Assembly (NCBI RefSeq): GCF_006345805.1
Contig: NC_043012.1
Coordinates: 40,176,001 to 40,240,000, forward strand
Source of the DNA: Octopus sinensis
Taxonomy: Eukaryota
Direction of reading: 5' to 3'
DNA: 64,000 nucleotides
Below the pieces are notes generated by a model. The model did not search any database. It saw only the letters and a program-made list of their open reading frames with translations, and was not told the origin of the DNA. Of the stretch, positions 34,886 to 47,379 are shown in pieces. Each line of letters opens with the position of its first letter. Position 1 is the first letter of the stretch. The position numbers and the translations under genes were made by a program.

Positions 34886-35310
34886 TTTTTCCCTCACGGG
34901 CTACTTTTTACTGGAAGGCAATACTTTGTATTGCATTACTGATATTTTGAAACTTCTTCACCGTTTCTCGTACTGTTAGCGTTCCGTATTTCAGTCGAGT
35001 GTGTTAGTATTAATGTGGTAACATCGTAGATTTCGTCTTGGTATACGTTTGGCTGAAGAAGGTAAAGCAAAATATGGGTGAGAGACATATCTTGCAAAAC
35101 CTGAAACCTGCAGGTACCACATTATCCATTTTCCGGGTGTTTCATCTTTCAGATGTTCTCTCTGGAGGTAAGACGGTTTTTTTCTCTATTTTGTTGCACA
35201 CACGCATTTTTGCTAATACATACGCGGTGAAGCTACACATTAGCGTCGTATTTTACGTTCGCTATTTCCAGTAAATATCAGTACTTAGTTGTGCCATTTA
35301 TTTACTAATT

Positions 35311-35311
<1 letters not shown>
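34886..35311 (+). mobile_element. Non-coding, CpG-rich hammerhead-bearing element (Penelope pLTR/retrozyme-like) between (TA)n tracts
   Basis: No ORF; contains the hammerhead at 35050-35119 and a GAG|GTAAGA splice donor at 35168. Confidence 0.55.
35050..35119 (+). ncRNA. Type I hammerhead ribozyme with intact core
   Basis: TGG-CTGAAGA-AGGT-AAA-GCAAAATATG-GGTGAGAGA-CATATCTTGC-AAA-ACCT-GAAAC-CTGCAG-GTA-CCA; all conserved core bases present; predicted cleavage after A35116. Confidence 0.8.
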
Positions 35312-35355
<44 letters not shown>

Positions 35356-35363
35356 CACATATA

Positions 35364-35398
<35 letters not shown>

Positions 35399-35441
35399 AT
35401 GATAATAAGCATACATTTATATGTATATATTCTTCATTTTT

Positions 35442-35822
35442 TCTTTTACTTGTTTCCGTCATCTGATTGCGGCCATGCTGGAGCACCGCATTTAGTCAAA
35501 CAAATCAACCCCAGGACGTATTCTTTGTAAGCCTGGTACTTATTTTATTGGTCTCTCTTACCGAATCGCTGAATTACAGGGACATAAACACACCAACATC
35601 AGTTGTCAAGCAATGTTGTGGGGACAAACGCAGACACACAAACATACATATAATATATAAATGGTGGGCTCTTTCAGTTTCTGTCAACCAATTCCACTCA
35701 CAAAGCCTTGGTCAGCCCAAGGCTATAGTAGAAGACACTTTTCAAAGACGCCACACTTTGGAACTGAACCCAGAACCATGTCGTTGGGAAGCAAGCTTCT
35801 TACCACACAGCCACTCCAGTGC
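35442..35822 (-). mobile_element. SINE family B
   Basis: Full-length, moderately diverged copy. Confidence 0.88.
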
Positions 35823-35833
35823 CAATGTATATA

Positions 35834-37053
35834 CAAGGTGTGTAAGGTATTTGAGGAGATACCTTTTTTGAGTCATTGCTGCATTCTTTGTTTAAGAAAA
35901 TAATGGCAGACCCTCAGCTTGCTCAAGAAATTGAAGGGACATGCTGTTTTTGCGGTTATAAAGGCTGAGCATAGAGATTTAGAAATATCTTGATTTTTAA
36001 AAGTTGCCAGAACTTTCATCTACAAAGTTTGTAAGGAGCTAGAGACTGAGGATGGAAATGTATCACCAGAATCAAAGCATAAAAATCATTCTAAATGCCC
36101 TGAAATCACCAGAAAAACTGAATTTATCCAGCAAGTTCAACAGACCATTGATTGCAACGCCTGAAAGTCCATGAGGTCAATTGTAAAAGATCTCCATTTG
36201 TCAGAAGGAGCAGTCAGAGATGTTGTCCATGAAGACATCAGATATAAGTCTTATATGATGAGAAAAGGTCAATTTATTAGAAAAAGGAAAAGAAAATAAC
36301 TACATCAGATCTAAAAGGCTCTTAAACAAACAGAAAAATCCAGCAGAAGATGATTTGATTTGGTTTCTCTCAAACAAGAAAAACGTTGACCAAGATCAAA
36401 AAGTTAACAGATGGTTATGTGCAGACCCTTCTGAAATTCCAAGTGTTATGCATACAAAATTTCCAGCAATTCTCATGGTTTTAGGGGTTGTCAGCAAGGA
36501 AGGAAATGTGATGCTTCGTTTCTTCTTTCCACAGGGACTTAGAGTTAACTCTACCGCCTACATTGAGGTCCAGGAATAATTGTTAAGCCCTGGATAGACA
36601 CTGTATGGAATGGAAGGCCATGCGTATTTCAGTAAGACTCTGCACTATCACACATGGCTCTAGTAACACAGGAATGGACGGTTGAAAATGTTTATGATCA
36701 CATAATCCGTAACATTTGTCCTCTTAATTCCCCAGATCTCAGTACATGTGGAGCATTGTTGAGAGAGAGGTCAACGAACATACCCATAACACCAAATATT
36801 CTTTGAAAACTGCCATAGTCAGAGCAATGTCCAAAATGAACCAGAACCAATTGATTCGAGCATGTAGATGATTTAGATCTCATGTAGAAGCAGTTGTTGA
36901 AGCTGAAGGTGGCTTTATTGAATACCATTAGAGAAAAAAAGGTTTATTTCTATCTTTATAGCACTTTTTGATAAATAAAGTTATCTGTTATTATATATCT
37001 GTTATTATTTTTTTATTAACATAAATCTGTCCTCAAATATCTTATGCACCCTG
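35834..37053 (+). mobile_element. Near-full-length Tc1/mariner transposon (maT/DD37D-like), degraded
   Basis: TA|CAAGGTGTGTAAGGTATTTGAGGA...TCCTCAAATATCTTATGCACCCTG|TA; WFLSNKKNVDQDQKVN..TKFPAILMVLGVVS..FQ*DSALSH..NSPDL..VEAVVEAEGGFIE; the third D region is deleted, so D-D spacing cannot be counted. Confidence 0.88.
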
Positions 37054-37072
37054 TACATAGGTATATACGATA

Positions 37073-37283
37073 TCCTTTCTGCTTTAGGCACAAGGCCAAA
37101 AATTTGGAAGGATGGGGTTCCTCGAACACATCATCTCCAGTGCTCAACTGAATCACAAATTACTGACCCCAAAAGGATGAAAGTCAAAGCCAGACTCAGC
37201 AGAATTTGAACACAGAACATAAAGGCAAACGAAATGTCTCTGAGCAGTTTGTCTGGAATACTAAACATTCTGTCAGTTCACCC
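37073..37283 (-). mobile_element. SINE family A
   Basis: TCCTTTCT..GGCACAAGGCC..AAAAGGATGAAAG..GAATTTGAAC..CTGTCAGTTCACC. Confidence 0.75.
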
Positions 37284-37299
37284 CTTTCGTGTGTGTGTG

Positions 37300-37347
<48 letters not shown>

Positions 37348-37511
37348 GTTTCTATTGTTGGTGTTGTGGCTGTTCTTATTCTAACCATTGCTTAATTCAT
37401 TTCAGCTCTCATGAATAAAAAATCCATGACCATCCCATGGACGGCTCTTCATTTTCAAACGTTTTTTGGTTGCTGTTTTTTTTCATATTTATTTTACGGT
37501 GGGTGAAGGGT

Positions 37512-37740
37512 CAACCCTTTGGCCTTCAGATTTCTCTGTCAAATGTAATCCTTATTTATTCACATTGTTTTGGTTTAGTCATGCATTGTCTCACAGCTTC
37601 CAGAGTTCAATGACAAGATCATTATTTTTAGAATAACATTGTAGGGTAGGTGTAAGATGCCAAATCTGGTCAGATTAAGAATAAAAACAAGAAGAATATT
37701 TGGGCTGGAATGGCCAGTTTAAATGCTAAAACAGGGTGAA
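37512..37740. mobile_element. Second MITE-like family, probably piggyBac-type, diverged
   Basis: AACCCTTT start; internal block TTTTTAGAATAACATTGTAGG..TCTGGTCAGATT..AATATTTGGGCTGGA recurs at about 60600-60760. Confidence 0.5.
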
Positions 37741-38434
37741 ATAAAAACAGTGTCTGATTTCAAAGACAATTGCCTGCTATTTCTAACAGATTGATCAGCC
37801 ATGCATAGGTTCTCTGATTGGTTCCCTTTCGTCAATTACAAGAGGAAAGCCGAAATTAACTAAAATTAGGCTGTAACCTGGCCATAATTTCATATTTAAA
37901 TGCACAATTTGTGGAACTTAAATCTCGTTCTTCCCAGCTTAACTCACAACCAAAAACTCCAAATCAAATCTTCTGGGAAACTTTAAGTGTCAAGATTGGA
38001 AATTTCCACTTGTTTTTTTTTTCTTTCTTCCACTTGACACTAATTAACACTAATTAAACTGTAATTAAGTATTGACTGCATAGACCCTGTAGGTATATCT
38101 GAATGTCTAATTAAAAGGATACTCTTTCATAATGCAGGCTACTTCAAACTATAGGGAGCAGTGTGTGAATGTGTGTGTGTGTGTGTGTGAGTGCATATCC
38201 TCATGTGTGTGTAAGTATAAGTTCATGTATCTTCATATGTATGTTTGAGATAGAGTATGTACACGTGTGTGTGTGCATGTGTATATATATATATATATCT
38301 TCATTGTATGAGTATATGTTAGAGTGTGTGTGTATGTGGGCACATGTCTGTGCATATCCATGTGTGTGTGTATGTATAAGCTCATGTTTCTTCATGTGTG
38401 TTTGTGTATCCTCATATGTTTGACAGGGAATACG

Positions 38435-38476
<42 letters not shown>

Positions 38477-38936
38477 CATATCTTCATGTGTATGTGTGTA
38501 TGTTTGAGTGTGTAACTGCATTCAGGAGTAGATGTGAATGGTGAGCATCATGGCTACAGGTGACAACTGAATTGCAAGTCTTCATCTGAGAATTGAAGTT
38601 ATCTGGTTGAGCATCACCTCCCACCATATAACACTACACACACACACACCCTACAGACTAACTCACACATACATTTCTAGACAGACAGACAGACAAATAG
38701 GTAGGGAGATGGACAAGAGAGCAATAGACAGTCAGACAGACACACAGACAAGAGACAAAGAGAGAGTGTGTGTGTGTGTGTGCGTGCGTCCTTACAATAT
38801 ATACAGTCTTAGTACATCTACTGTTTCAGAGCCTTTCACCAGCACATGATGATTTGGAGAGCGAGAGAGACAGACAGACAGAAATGAGTGTATGTGTGCA
38901 TGTGTAAATAATATACATGTATATATACATACATAC

Positions 38937-39296
38937 ATCATCATCATCGTTTAACGTCCGCTTTCCGTGCTAGCATGGGTTGGACGATTTGACTGGGGAC
39001 TGGCGAACCAGATGGCTGCATCAGGTTCCAATCTGATCTGGCAGAGTGTCTACAGCTGGATGCCCTTCCTAATGCCAGCCACTCCAAAAGTGTAGTAGGT
39101 GCTTTTACATGCCACCGGCACTAGGGCCAGTCAAGTAGTACTGGCAACGGCCATGCTCAAATGATGTTTTTTACATGCCACCCGCACAGGAGCCAGGCCG
39201 GCGGCACTGGCAACAACCTCGCTCAAATGTTTTTTCATGTGCCAGTAATGCAACGCTAGTAACAATCACGCTCGAATGGTGCTTTTTACGTGCCAA
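38937..39296 (-). mobile_element. RTE 3' UTR fragment with 3-4 monomers
   Basis: (CAT)n terminus followed by repeated TTTTACATGCCACC units. Confidence 0.85.
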
Positions 39297-39309
39297 TACA
39301 CACATACAT

Positions 39310-39530
39310 ACATATCTTCAATGAAACTGCCTGTCAAGTGTTCCAAACCACAGCAAGTTTCCAATGTTACAATCTTGAAAACCCTAAATAAAGATTGTGA
39401 AAATAGGATAGGGTCAGGGATGTCACCCTGTTTAACTTTATAGTCTAAAACAATTTTATCAGAAAGTAACCACTCGGAAAATAATTTACAAGACCCTCTC
39501 CTACTTACCTTACCTCTTACCCTCCTCCAT
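39310..39530 (-). mobile_element. Possible highly degraded reverse-transcriptase fragment
   Basis: RVRGK..KVKQGDIPDPILF resembles the RT motif GV.QG..LSP.LF. Confidence 0.35.
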
Positions 39531-40261
39531 ACAGACACACACACTGTCTCCACTCACTTCTACCTACTTCACACCTTGAGGTGCCACCTGAACACCTCAT
39601 CCCCATTGTTCATCCCTTTGGTGATACGAATGAATCATTCTCTCTCTCCCTCCCTCCCTCCCTCCCTCCTAAATGTGAGCAACCACGTGGCTCATCCACA
39701 ACAGGAACCTACTCCATCCCCTTCTCTCATACCCTAACCCTTGTTTAGCATTAAACGCTCCCCTCCTCCTTGGGTTAAATAGATTTGTGAGCTGCATGGA
39801 AACTTCAAAGTGGTTAGCATTAGGAAGGGCATCTAGCCTTAGAAAACATGCCAAAGCAGATACGAGGCCACAAGGAGGTCCTTGTACTCGTAAGATTCTG
39901 TCAAACCACCCAATCCATGTCAGCATGGAAGATGGATGTTAAATGTTGATGATGTCAGTGTACCTGCATGCCTGGGTGAATATGTACACCTGTATATTTT
40001 GGTGTATGTATATCAGATGGGGTATGAAAGAGTAAGTGTTTTTTTAACATTTACATGCATAGATGTAAAAAGAATGGTCAACTGTCCATTAAACCACCCA
40101 AACCATGCCGGCATGGGAAATGGATAGATGGTGATGATGATGATGACAAAAATTGGTGGACAGCCCAGTTTTTAAAGAATTTACTATGATGCCCCTACGT
40201 TAACAGCATCAAAGATCTTTGTTAATCAACAAATGCAGAAGACAGAGGCACCAGCTCTCAT

Positions 40262-40560
40262 ATCCTCATCGTTTAACGTCCGTTTTCCATGCTGGCATGG
40301 GTTGGACGGTTTGACTGGGGACTGGCAAGCCAAGAGGCCTTACCAGGCCCCAATCTGATCTGGCAATGTTTCTACAGCTGGATGCCCTTCCTAACGCCAA
40401 CCACTCCAAGAATGTAACAGGTGCTTTTTACATGCCACTGACACGGGAGTCAGTCAGGCAGCACTGGCATCGGACACATTCGGATGATGCTTTTTATGTG
40501 CCATTGGCACAGGAAGCCAGTCAGGTGACACAGGCATCGGTCACAACTACAATTTCCGTT
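40262..40560 (-). mobile_element. RTE 3' UTR fragment
   Basis: CATCGTTTAACGTCCG..GGATGCCCTTCCTAACGCCAACCACTCC plus monomers. Confidence 0.85.
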
Positions 40561-41842
40561 TTATTATTGCTACATTTTTAATGGAATTGTCTAACTGATC
40601 TAAAACCATACATACATAAGCATGTATGTGTGTATGTATGAATATATGTATATGTGCAGTTATGTGTATGTATTATAAGTGTGTGTGTGTGTATCCCTCT
40701 CTCTCTCTCGGAGAGGCACAGAGCAGCTATACGCACACATACACACACGGCAGTAACTTCCACCAACCGAATTCAATCACAAAGCTCTGGTCGGCTCGGG
40801 GCTATAGTGGAAGACACCTACCCAATGTGCCACGCAGTGGGACTGAACCCGAAACCATGTAGCTAGGAATATGTATGAATATATATATGTGCTTATATGT
40901 ATGTATACGTGCATATATGTGTTATGTATATAAGTATATGTGTGTGTGTGTGTGTGTGTGTAGGTAAGTATGGTTTTGTAGATCAGATGGAGGTGCTATG
41001 ACCGTAATTTTCTCTTCAAAACAACTACAATGACAATAGATGCATGGATGCAAGTGTGCATATCTGCACACACAAACACATACATACACACACGACCAGC
41101 TGGATGATATTGACTAAATACCAATGACGGAAGAACACAGTTTCTGAGCTATGAAGAAAGTCTTTCTCTCTTGGTGAGAAATTTGAAAAATATGCAACAA
41201 GAACACACACACACATCATGAGAATGAATTTGGTTTGCCACAACATAAAATATTGCTTACTATACACTAAAGTATTGTATAGATGTATCTATACATCAAT
41301 ATCATTTTGCAAGTCTGTGTGTGTGTGTGTGTGTGTGTATATACACAAACACATGGGAATGAGTACATGAATGTTAGATATTAAACATAATATAAGTTTA
41401 CAGAGCGTATATTTTAAAAATAAAACACATCTGTATGTTTGTGTCATCTCTCTCTCTCTCTCTCTCTCTCACACCCACACACATACATACATACATGCAT
41501 GTGTATGAGTCGGTGCGTGTGTGTGTGCTCAACCATGCCAGACATGTATAAAGACGTCCAATAAATCCAAACAAAGACCTGCAAAGCTACAAATCCACTC
41601 AACTAAACCCAAACTATTAATCACATTCCGTCATTTCACAACAGACTCTGGCACTTTGCTGGCATTCAACTTGCCAGCCACATTTTTACTTACACACAAA
41701 CACACACACACACTCACAAACACACACATATGTATACACACACTATATATATATTAATATGTATGCATACACAAAGACGTGTGTGTGTGTGTGTAGTTAG
41801 AGTCCAAACTGCCAGATTTATAACTTTATTCTTCACTGGAGA

Positions 41843-41898
<56 letters not shown>

Positions 41899-42439
41899 CC
41901 ATCTCTCAGTTGGTTCAACTGAAAAATGATCTATTTCAAATATATAGGAATACATGTGTGCATGTATGTATGTGTGTATACATATGTATATATACATACA
42001 CACATGTATACAAATATACATACATGTATGTAAGCAAGCTAATGTCTGTGTATATGCATGTATGTACGTATGTCTCTATACATCAGTGTATGTACAGCAG
42101 TAGAAATTCACTTGTCCTGTTACAATCCTCTGTAACAAACACCTCCCCACCACACACCAAACTTTGATAGCAAAGTTAAAACAAATGTATTGATTCTTTA
42201 TACAAGAGGTAACCATAGACACACACACACACAACATACATACACACACACACTGAACACCTCATGGACACTACCCTCTACTAAGCCCAAGCCATTAGCT
42301 TGACCACCGCTCTTCCGTCACACTGTCAGCCACCTGATGCTGAGAACCTCAAGCTCCAGACACTGTTTACTGATACAAGTAAAGGATAAAAGATCTCATC
42401 TTGTCCCCATCACCACTACCACCACACTTTAACCATCTC

Positions 42440-42560
42440 TCACTTCTCCAATGTTATAATTCATAGGAGACCAGCAAACGCAATGCAAATGATCTCATGT
42501 TCAACCTAAGGACCTCTGTCCCACATGGTATGAATATACATTTTAATTTCCTTCGATTTT
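42440..42560 (+). mobile_element. Possible Penelope-like endonuclease C-terminus remnant
   Basis: KRNANDLMFNLRTSVPHGMNIHFNF resembles R...E..LIF.LGTL.P.G.N..F. Confidence 0.4.
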
Positions 42561-42599
42561 GTTTTTTCCTTGAAGCTCATTTTCATTCCTCTCATGACT

Positions 42600-42862
42600 C
42601 TCATCATCATCATCATCATTTAATGTCCATCTTCCATACTGACATAGGTTGGAGAGTTTGACAAGGAACTGGCCAGACTCCAGTTGTCTGTTATGGTATG
42701 GTTTCTACAGCCAGATGGTTGCTATGGCTGGATGCCCTTCCTAATGCCAACCACACTTTACAGAGTGTACTGGATGCTTTTTATGTGCCACTGGCACAGG
42801 GGTGCATTAACACAGCACCAGCAGGAGTGCATTTTATGTGGCACTGGAACCTATAAAGGACA
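42600..42862 (-). mobile_element. RTE 3' UTR fragment, diverged
   Basis: (CAT)n-TTTAATGTCC..GGATGCCCTTCCTAATGCCAACCAC..TTTTATGTGCCACTGGCAC. Confidence 0.75.
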
Positions 42863-42996
42863 GGTGTGTCTGTATACGTATGGATTTGTAGCTTTGAAAG
42901 CTCTTTGTTTGGATCTATTGTATATTTTTATACATGCCTGGTATGGTCAAGCACACTTGTGCACACACACACACTTATGGGTTTGTACGTGTGTGT

Positions 42997-43077
<81 letters not shown>

Positions 43078-43169
43078 TGTGTATTTACACACACATTTAC
43101 AAAGGAACCAGTATTTATGGCTAACAGCAATTTTACTTAGCCTGACACACCTCATGTACAGCAAATCGC

Positions 43170-43390
43170 CACATCTCCTGGTCCCTTGACATTTCCTTAT
43201 TGAAACCTAGCATCGAAGGATCCTTTCTCACCCCTTCATTCCATGTCTTCCTGGGTCTAATCCTTCCACAGGTTCCCTCCACAATTAGAGCTCAGCCTCT
43301 CTCTATGCAGCTGCCCTCATCCATATGCGTCGCATGACCAAACCAGTGCAGTCTTCTCTCTTGCACCACAACATCTGATGCCTCTCTTTT
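43170..43390 (-). mobile_element. RTE ORF C-terminal fragment
   Basis: VQERRLHWFGHATHMDEGSC..VEGTCGRIRPRKTWNEGVRKD; homologous to 50625-50890. Confidence 0.8.
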
Positions 43391-44095
43391 GTGAAACTGT
43401 CCCAAATCTATTTTCATATCAAACTTTGTTTATAGGCTTCTTTCTAGGGTAACACCTGGAACTTAAGGAAGTCATGAAATTGGGGCTGAAGAAGGAAATA
43501 AAGAAGTGGTTGGGAGGGGGGAAAATGGGCAAAGAACTGCTGGGACAGTATGCGAGAGAGATGCGTCAGGATGCATGTATGTGTGTATCTGTGTATGTAT
43601 GCAAGTATCTATGTTAATGTGTATGAGTTTATGTATGAATGTATATGGTAAACATTCAAACTTGAATGAAAAACTCAAATCTGAAGAAATCTCCGAAGCC
43701 AGGCAATTCAACTAAACTCTAAATATGGCCAGTTTTTTTTGCTCAAAAACCTATTAATTTTGTTGATCAATGATTTATGTTATTTTTTAAGAAGGGAAGC
43801 AATAAATTATTTAATCTCGCTTCACACTACACTTTTGTTATCAATATTGTGTAAAAAAGAAAAAAATTATTCTTTTAGCGTTTTTTCCCCAACAGAATAT
43901 ATGCACGTGTGTGTACAAGTGTGGCTGAAAGACCATTTTTATAAGCATAAAACCGACAAACATTAACTGAATGACTGAATAGATGAGACAGGTGTAGAGT
44001 CAAAGATTTCTAAAGATTCTGTTGACAGTGATTTCAACAGTTCATTGGTCATCGGTCAGTTCAGACTGCATCGTTTATATTTATGGATGTTTATA

Positions 44096-45360
44096 TCAGG
44101 TCATTAAGAATGAGATGTCTGATTTTGAACTAAAAGTTTATTTTAATTTATCTCAACAAAAAGCAATACAGTTAATCAAAGTATGCACCTAAATTATCAA
44201 CACAATTTTGCCATTTTATCGGTAGCTTATTTAATCTGGCAGCAAAGAATTCTGGAGAGCAAGAGGTGATGAAATCAGGAAAGGCTGTTTTTGCATCTTC
44301 TTCAGATTTCAAGTTTCTCTCTGCAAAAAGTTATCTAATGCCTGGAAAACATGATAGTCAGCAGGTGCAAGGTCTGGTAAATATAGTGGATGACAGAGTA
44401 CTTCCAAGTTCAGTTCCTGTAACTTGAGTAGCGTTCTTTGTGCAACATGTGGTCAAGCATTGTCTTGCAAGAGAATTGGCCTGTCTCTAATGACCAATCT
44501 CAGTTGTTTCATTGCAAGTTCAATCATCATTTCATCCAAATGGTTGATGTATATGTCTGCTGTAATTGACTTTCCAGGCCTCATGAAGCTGTAGTGGATG
44601 ACACCAGTGCTGGCCCACCAAACAGACACCATTAGCGTTTTTGGGTGAATACTCTTTCTCAGATTGTGTTTTGGCACTTTGTTTCTATCCAACCACTGTG
44701 CAGAACACTCGCTATTGTTGAAAAGAATCCAATTTTCATCACATGCAACAATACAATGCAAAAATGGTTCCCTTTATGCCGTGACCAGCAAAGAACAACA
44801 AGTTTCAAGATGACGTGTCATTTGATGCTCAATCAGTTCGTGTGGTACCCATTTGGCCAGCTTCTTTACCTTGCCGATTTGTTTCAAATGGTCCAATAGA
44901 GTTAGAATCAAAACATCAAACCTTGCTGTAACTCACACATAGTTTGACATGCATCCGCTTCCACTACAGTTTCCAGCTTATCAGGCCTACCATGGTGCTG
45001 ATTTTCAAGGGTAAAGTCACCAGACCGGAACTTCTCAAACCATTGACGTACAGTGCCCTCATCTACCACTTCTTCACCAAACACCTCGTTGATGTTTCGA
45101 GTTGCCTGGGATGCATTGGTTCCATGATGGAACTCATATTCATAAACAACGCGAATTTTTGATCTATCCATGGGTTCACAAAAATTTATTTACGAGAGAA
45201 AACTCACAATATAACCAGACACCATGAACTGCATTTCAAAAAGTGATGATGTATCTCTTCAATGTTGCAAAACAAAGAATTGTCAGGATAAAACATTAGA
45301 GTTAATGACTGTCAGACTTGGTGCAGAAGAACATCAGACATTTCATTCTTCAAAACCTGA
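44096..45360 (-). mobile_element. Full-length (1265 bp) mariner DD34D transposon, degraded
   Basis: TIRs TCAGGTCATTAAGAATGAGATGTCTGAT / ATCAGACATTTCATTCTTCAAAACCTGA; MDRSKIRVVYEYEF..CDENW..LMVSVWW..QDNA*PH..PDLAPADY with 34 residues between the second and third D. Confidence 0.92.
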
Positions 45361-45894
45361 TCTTTATCAGTATGTGCCACCTATTAATCTAGGCACATTT
45401 TTAGCTCTATCCATTTGTGCTCTTTCTTCATTCTTTCCTGTAGAAGAGCAGAGGCCCAAAACATCAAGGATTCTTCCATTTTTTCCTGAGTGTCAAACTA
45501 ATAAACCTTGTTGGTTGTTCCTTCACCTGTCTCTGCCTTTTGTTTTTTGCATAACTATGAAACATATATACACTCACATACCTACACATATATTTTAACA
45601 CATACACACTTATACACATGCCCACACACACACACACATGCAACTATATGCACCTCCACAGACTTGATAAAGTGTATAAAGTTAGTCAGTAGGTCCCTCA
45701 TCATCTGACAGCTTCTCAGCTAATTCAAAGAGCTGCCCTCTGCTCACCATTGCAGAGCAGACTCTCTACTTGAACCTCTCCTGAGTAGAATGATTACAAG
45801 TGACAAAATAAAAAGTATGTTCTCTATAACCAAATCCAATGAAAACAAGAACAGTTAGGACCCAATGAAAGAGAAGAGCCCATCTCTAAACTAG

Positions 45895-46520
45895 ACTACA
45901 CCCAAAAAGGAAGATATGTGTTTCGTGGGGAGAGGAAGGGTGTCATCAGCCATGAAGCGTTAAACCAAATTGAAACAGTTAAGGCCAAGTAATATTGCCA
46001 TCTATTGGAAACGATTTGGCAGAAAGAGGACCCAGCATCAGTTGATTGAAAAGAGGGTGTTGCTCCTACATGATAATCCTTATCTTCTAAAGGTACAAGG
46101 CCTGAAATTTTGGGGGGAAGGGACTAATCAATTACACCAACTCCAGTACGTAACTGGTACTTATTTCATCAACTCTGAAAGGATGAAAGGTAAAGTCAAC
46201 CTCGGCAGAATTTGAGCCCAGAGCATAAAAACGAGCAAAATGCTGCTAAGCACTGTGCCTGGCATGATAACAGCCCTGCCAGCTTGTCGTCCTGCAAGAA
46301 CAAATATTGCCCAAGTTACGGCACTAAACATGGAAGCTTTGCCTCGTCCTTCTTACTCTGCTGACATTACTGAATCTGGTGATCATCTTTTCCAACCATT
46401 GAAACATTTTAGGAGGGGAAAACAGTTTATTAATTGTGAAGAGGCTAAAAATAATAATGATTGTGTCTTTGCTTCAAAACCTGAAGAAATTTAGGCCAGA
46501 GAGATCAACAGTTTGCCACA
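45895..46520 (+). mobile_element. mariner C-terminal fragment interrupted by a family A SINE (46078-46292, -)
   Basis: LLLHDN | SINE | ALNMEALPRPSYSADITESGDHLFQPLKHFRRGKQF..FASKPEE. Confidence 0.75.
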
Positions 46521-46871
46521 TATACACTTGGATACACAGTGGCATTCACATGGGATGGGTTGAGCCAGCTCCAGCCATTGAGTAATTCATGTTTGGAGCT
46601 TCAGTGGGAAAATCACATGTGGTGCCCGGTCACATGCGCTATATAGATGGGACTATGTTATCAGTAATGCGGGGAAATATTGTCTTAATTAAATCTGTCA
46701 ATGAAGACCAAAGCAGTATTTGTTACTTTCCCCGACAGGGTATGAAACAGGATTTTCTTTCCAACTTAATATCAACATCATTGTTTATCACACACATGCA
46801 CAGGGCAATACAAGCAAATATTACACACACATGCACAGACAGACTTTATGAATGGATTTTTATAGATTGGA

Positions 46872-47279
46872 AAAGCTATTCCCAATGTAAAGTCCTCTTC
46901 TGCCATGGTAATCAACCCTTCTCCTCTTTCATGTCTCTCTTTCAATCCAAATTTTCCAATCTATTTCTCTCCCCGCCACCCTTTTCCAACCTATGCATTG
47001 ACATTTCCCACCACTATGGCGCAAATAGATTTGTGAGTTAGCACTTCTTCTAGCTTTTGGCAGAATTCTAACTACTTTCTTGTTTTTGTCAGTATTTGTA
47101 GGGGCAGGAAATTGGAAGATCTCCAGAGTGACATTTCTTGGGAGACAAACGCTTAGCACTCCTGCAGGAAACGATTTTTGAAGCCTTTACTATGCTTACG
47201 ACAAACCCTAAACAACCAGTTGTTCTTGCACCTTCTACTTTTCCCATCTCATGACACTTTGGCAGGGGGCGCTGTAAAG
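46872..47279 (+). repeat. Near-identical duplicated segment, copy 1
   Basis: Differs from 53059-53453 by 3 substitutions and one 13-bp indel, counted by eye. Confidence 0.95.
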
Positions 47280-47379
47280 AATTCCTGATTGGTTTTTGGT
47301 CGTAATTTGTAATAAAGGCCATCAAAACACAGGAATTCTTTAGGATTTAACCAAATATAGACACGTAACATATTATGAT

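Noticed and set aside
45915-45950. - strand CTGATGA...GAAAC hammerhead-like spacing
   Set aside because: No stem II pairing and no NUH site with stem I; it lies within mariner coding remnant.
46929-47159. ORF repeated at 52974-53333, suggesting duplicated genes or exons
   Set aside because: The identity comes from the recent DNA duplication; no splice sites or recognisable protein, and the reading frames diverge at the indel.
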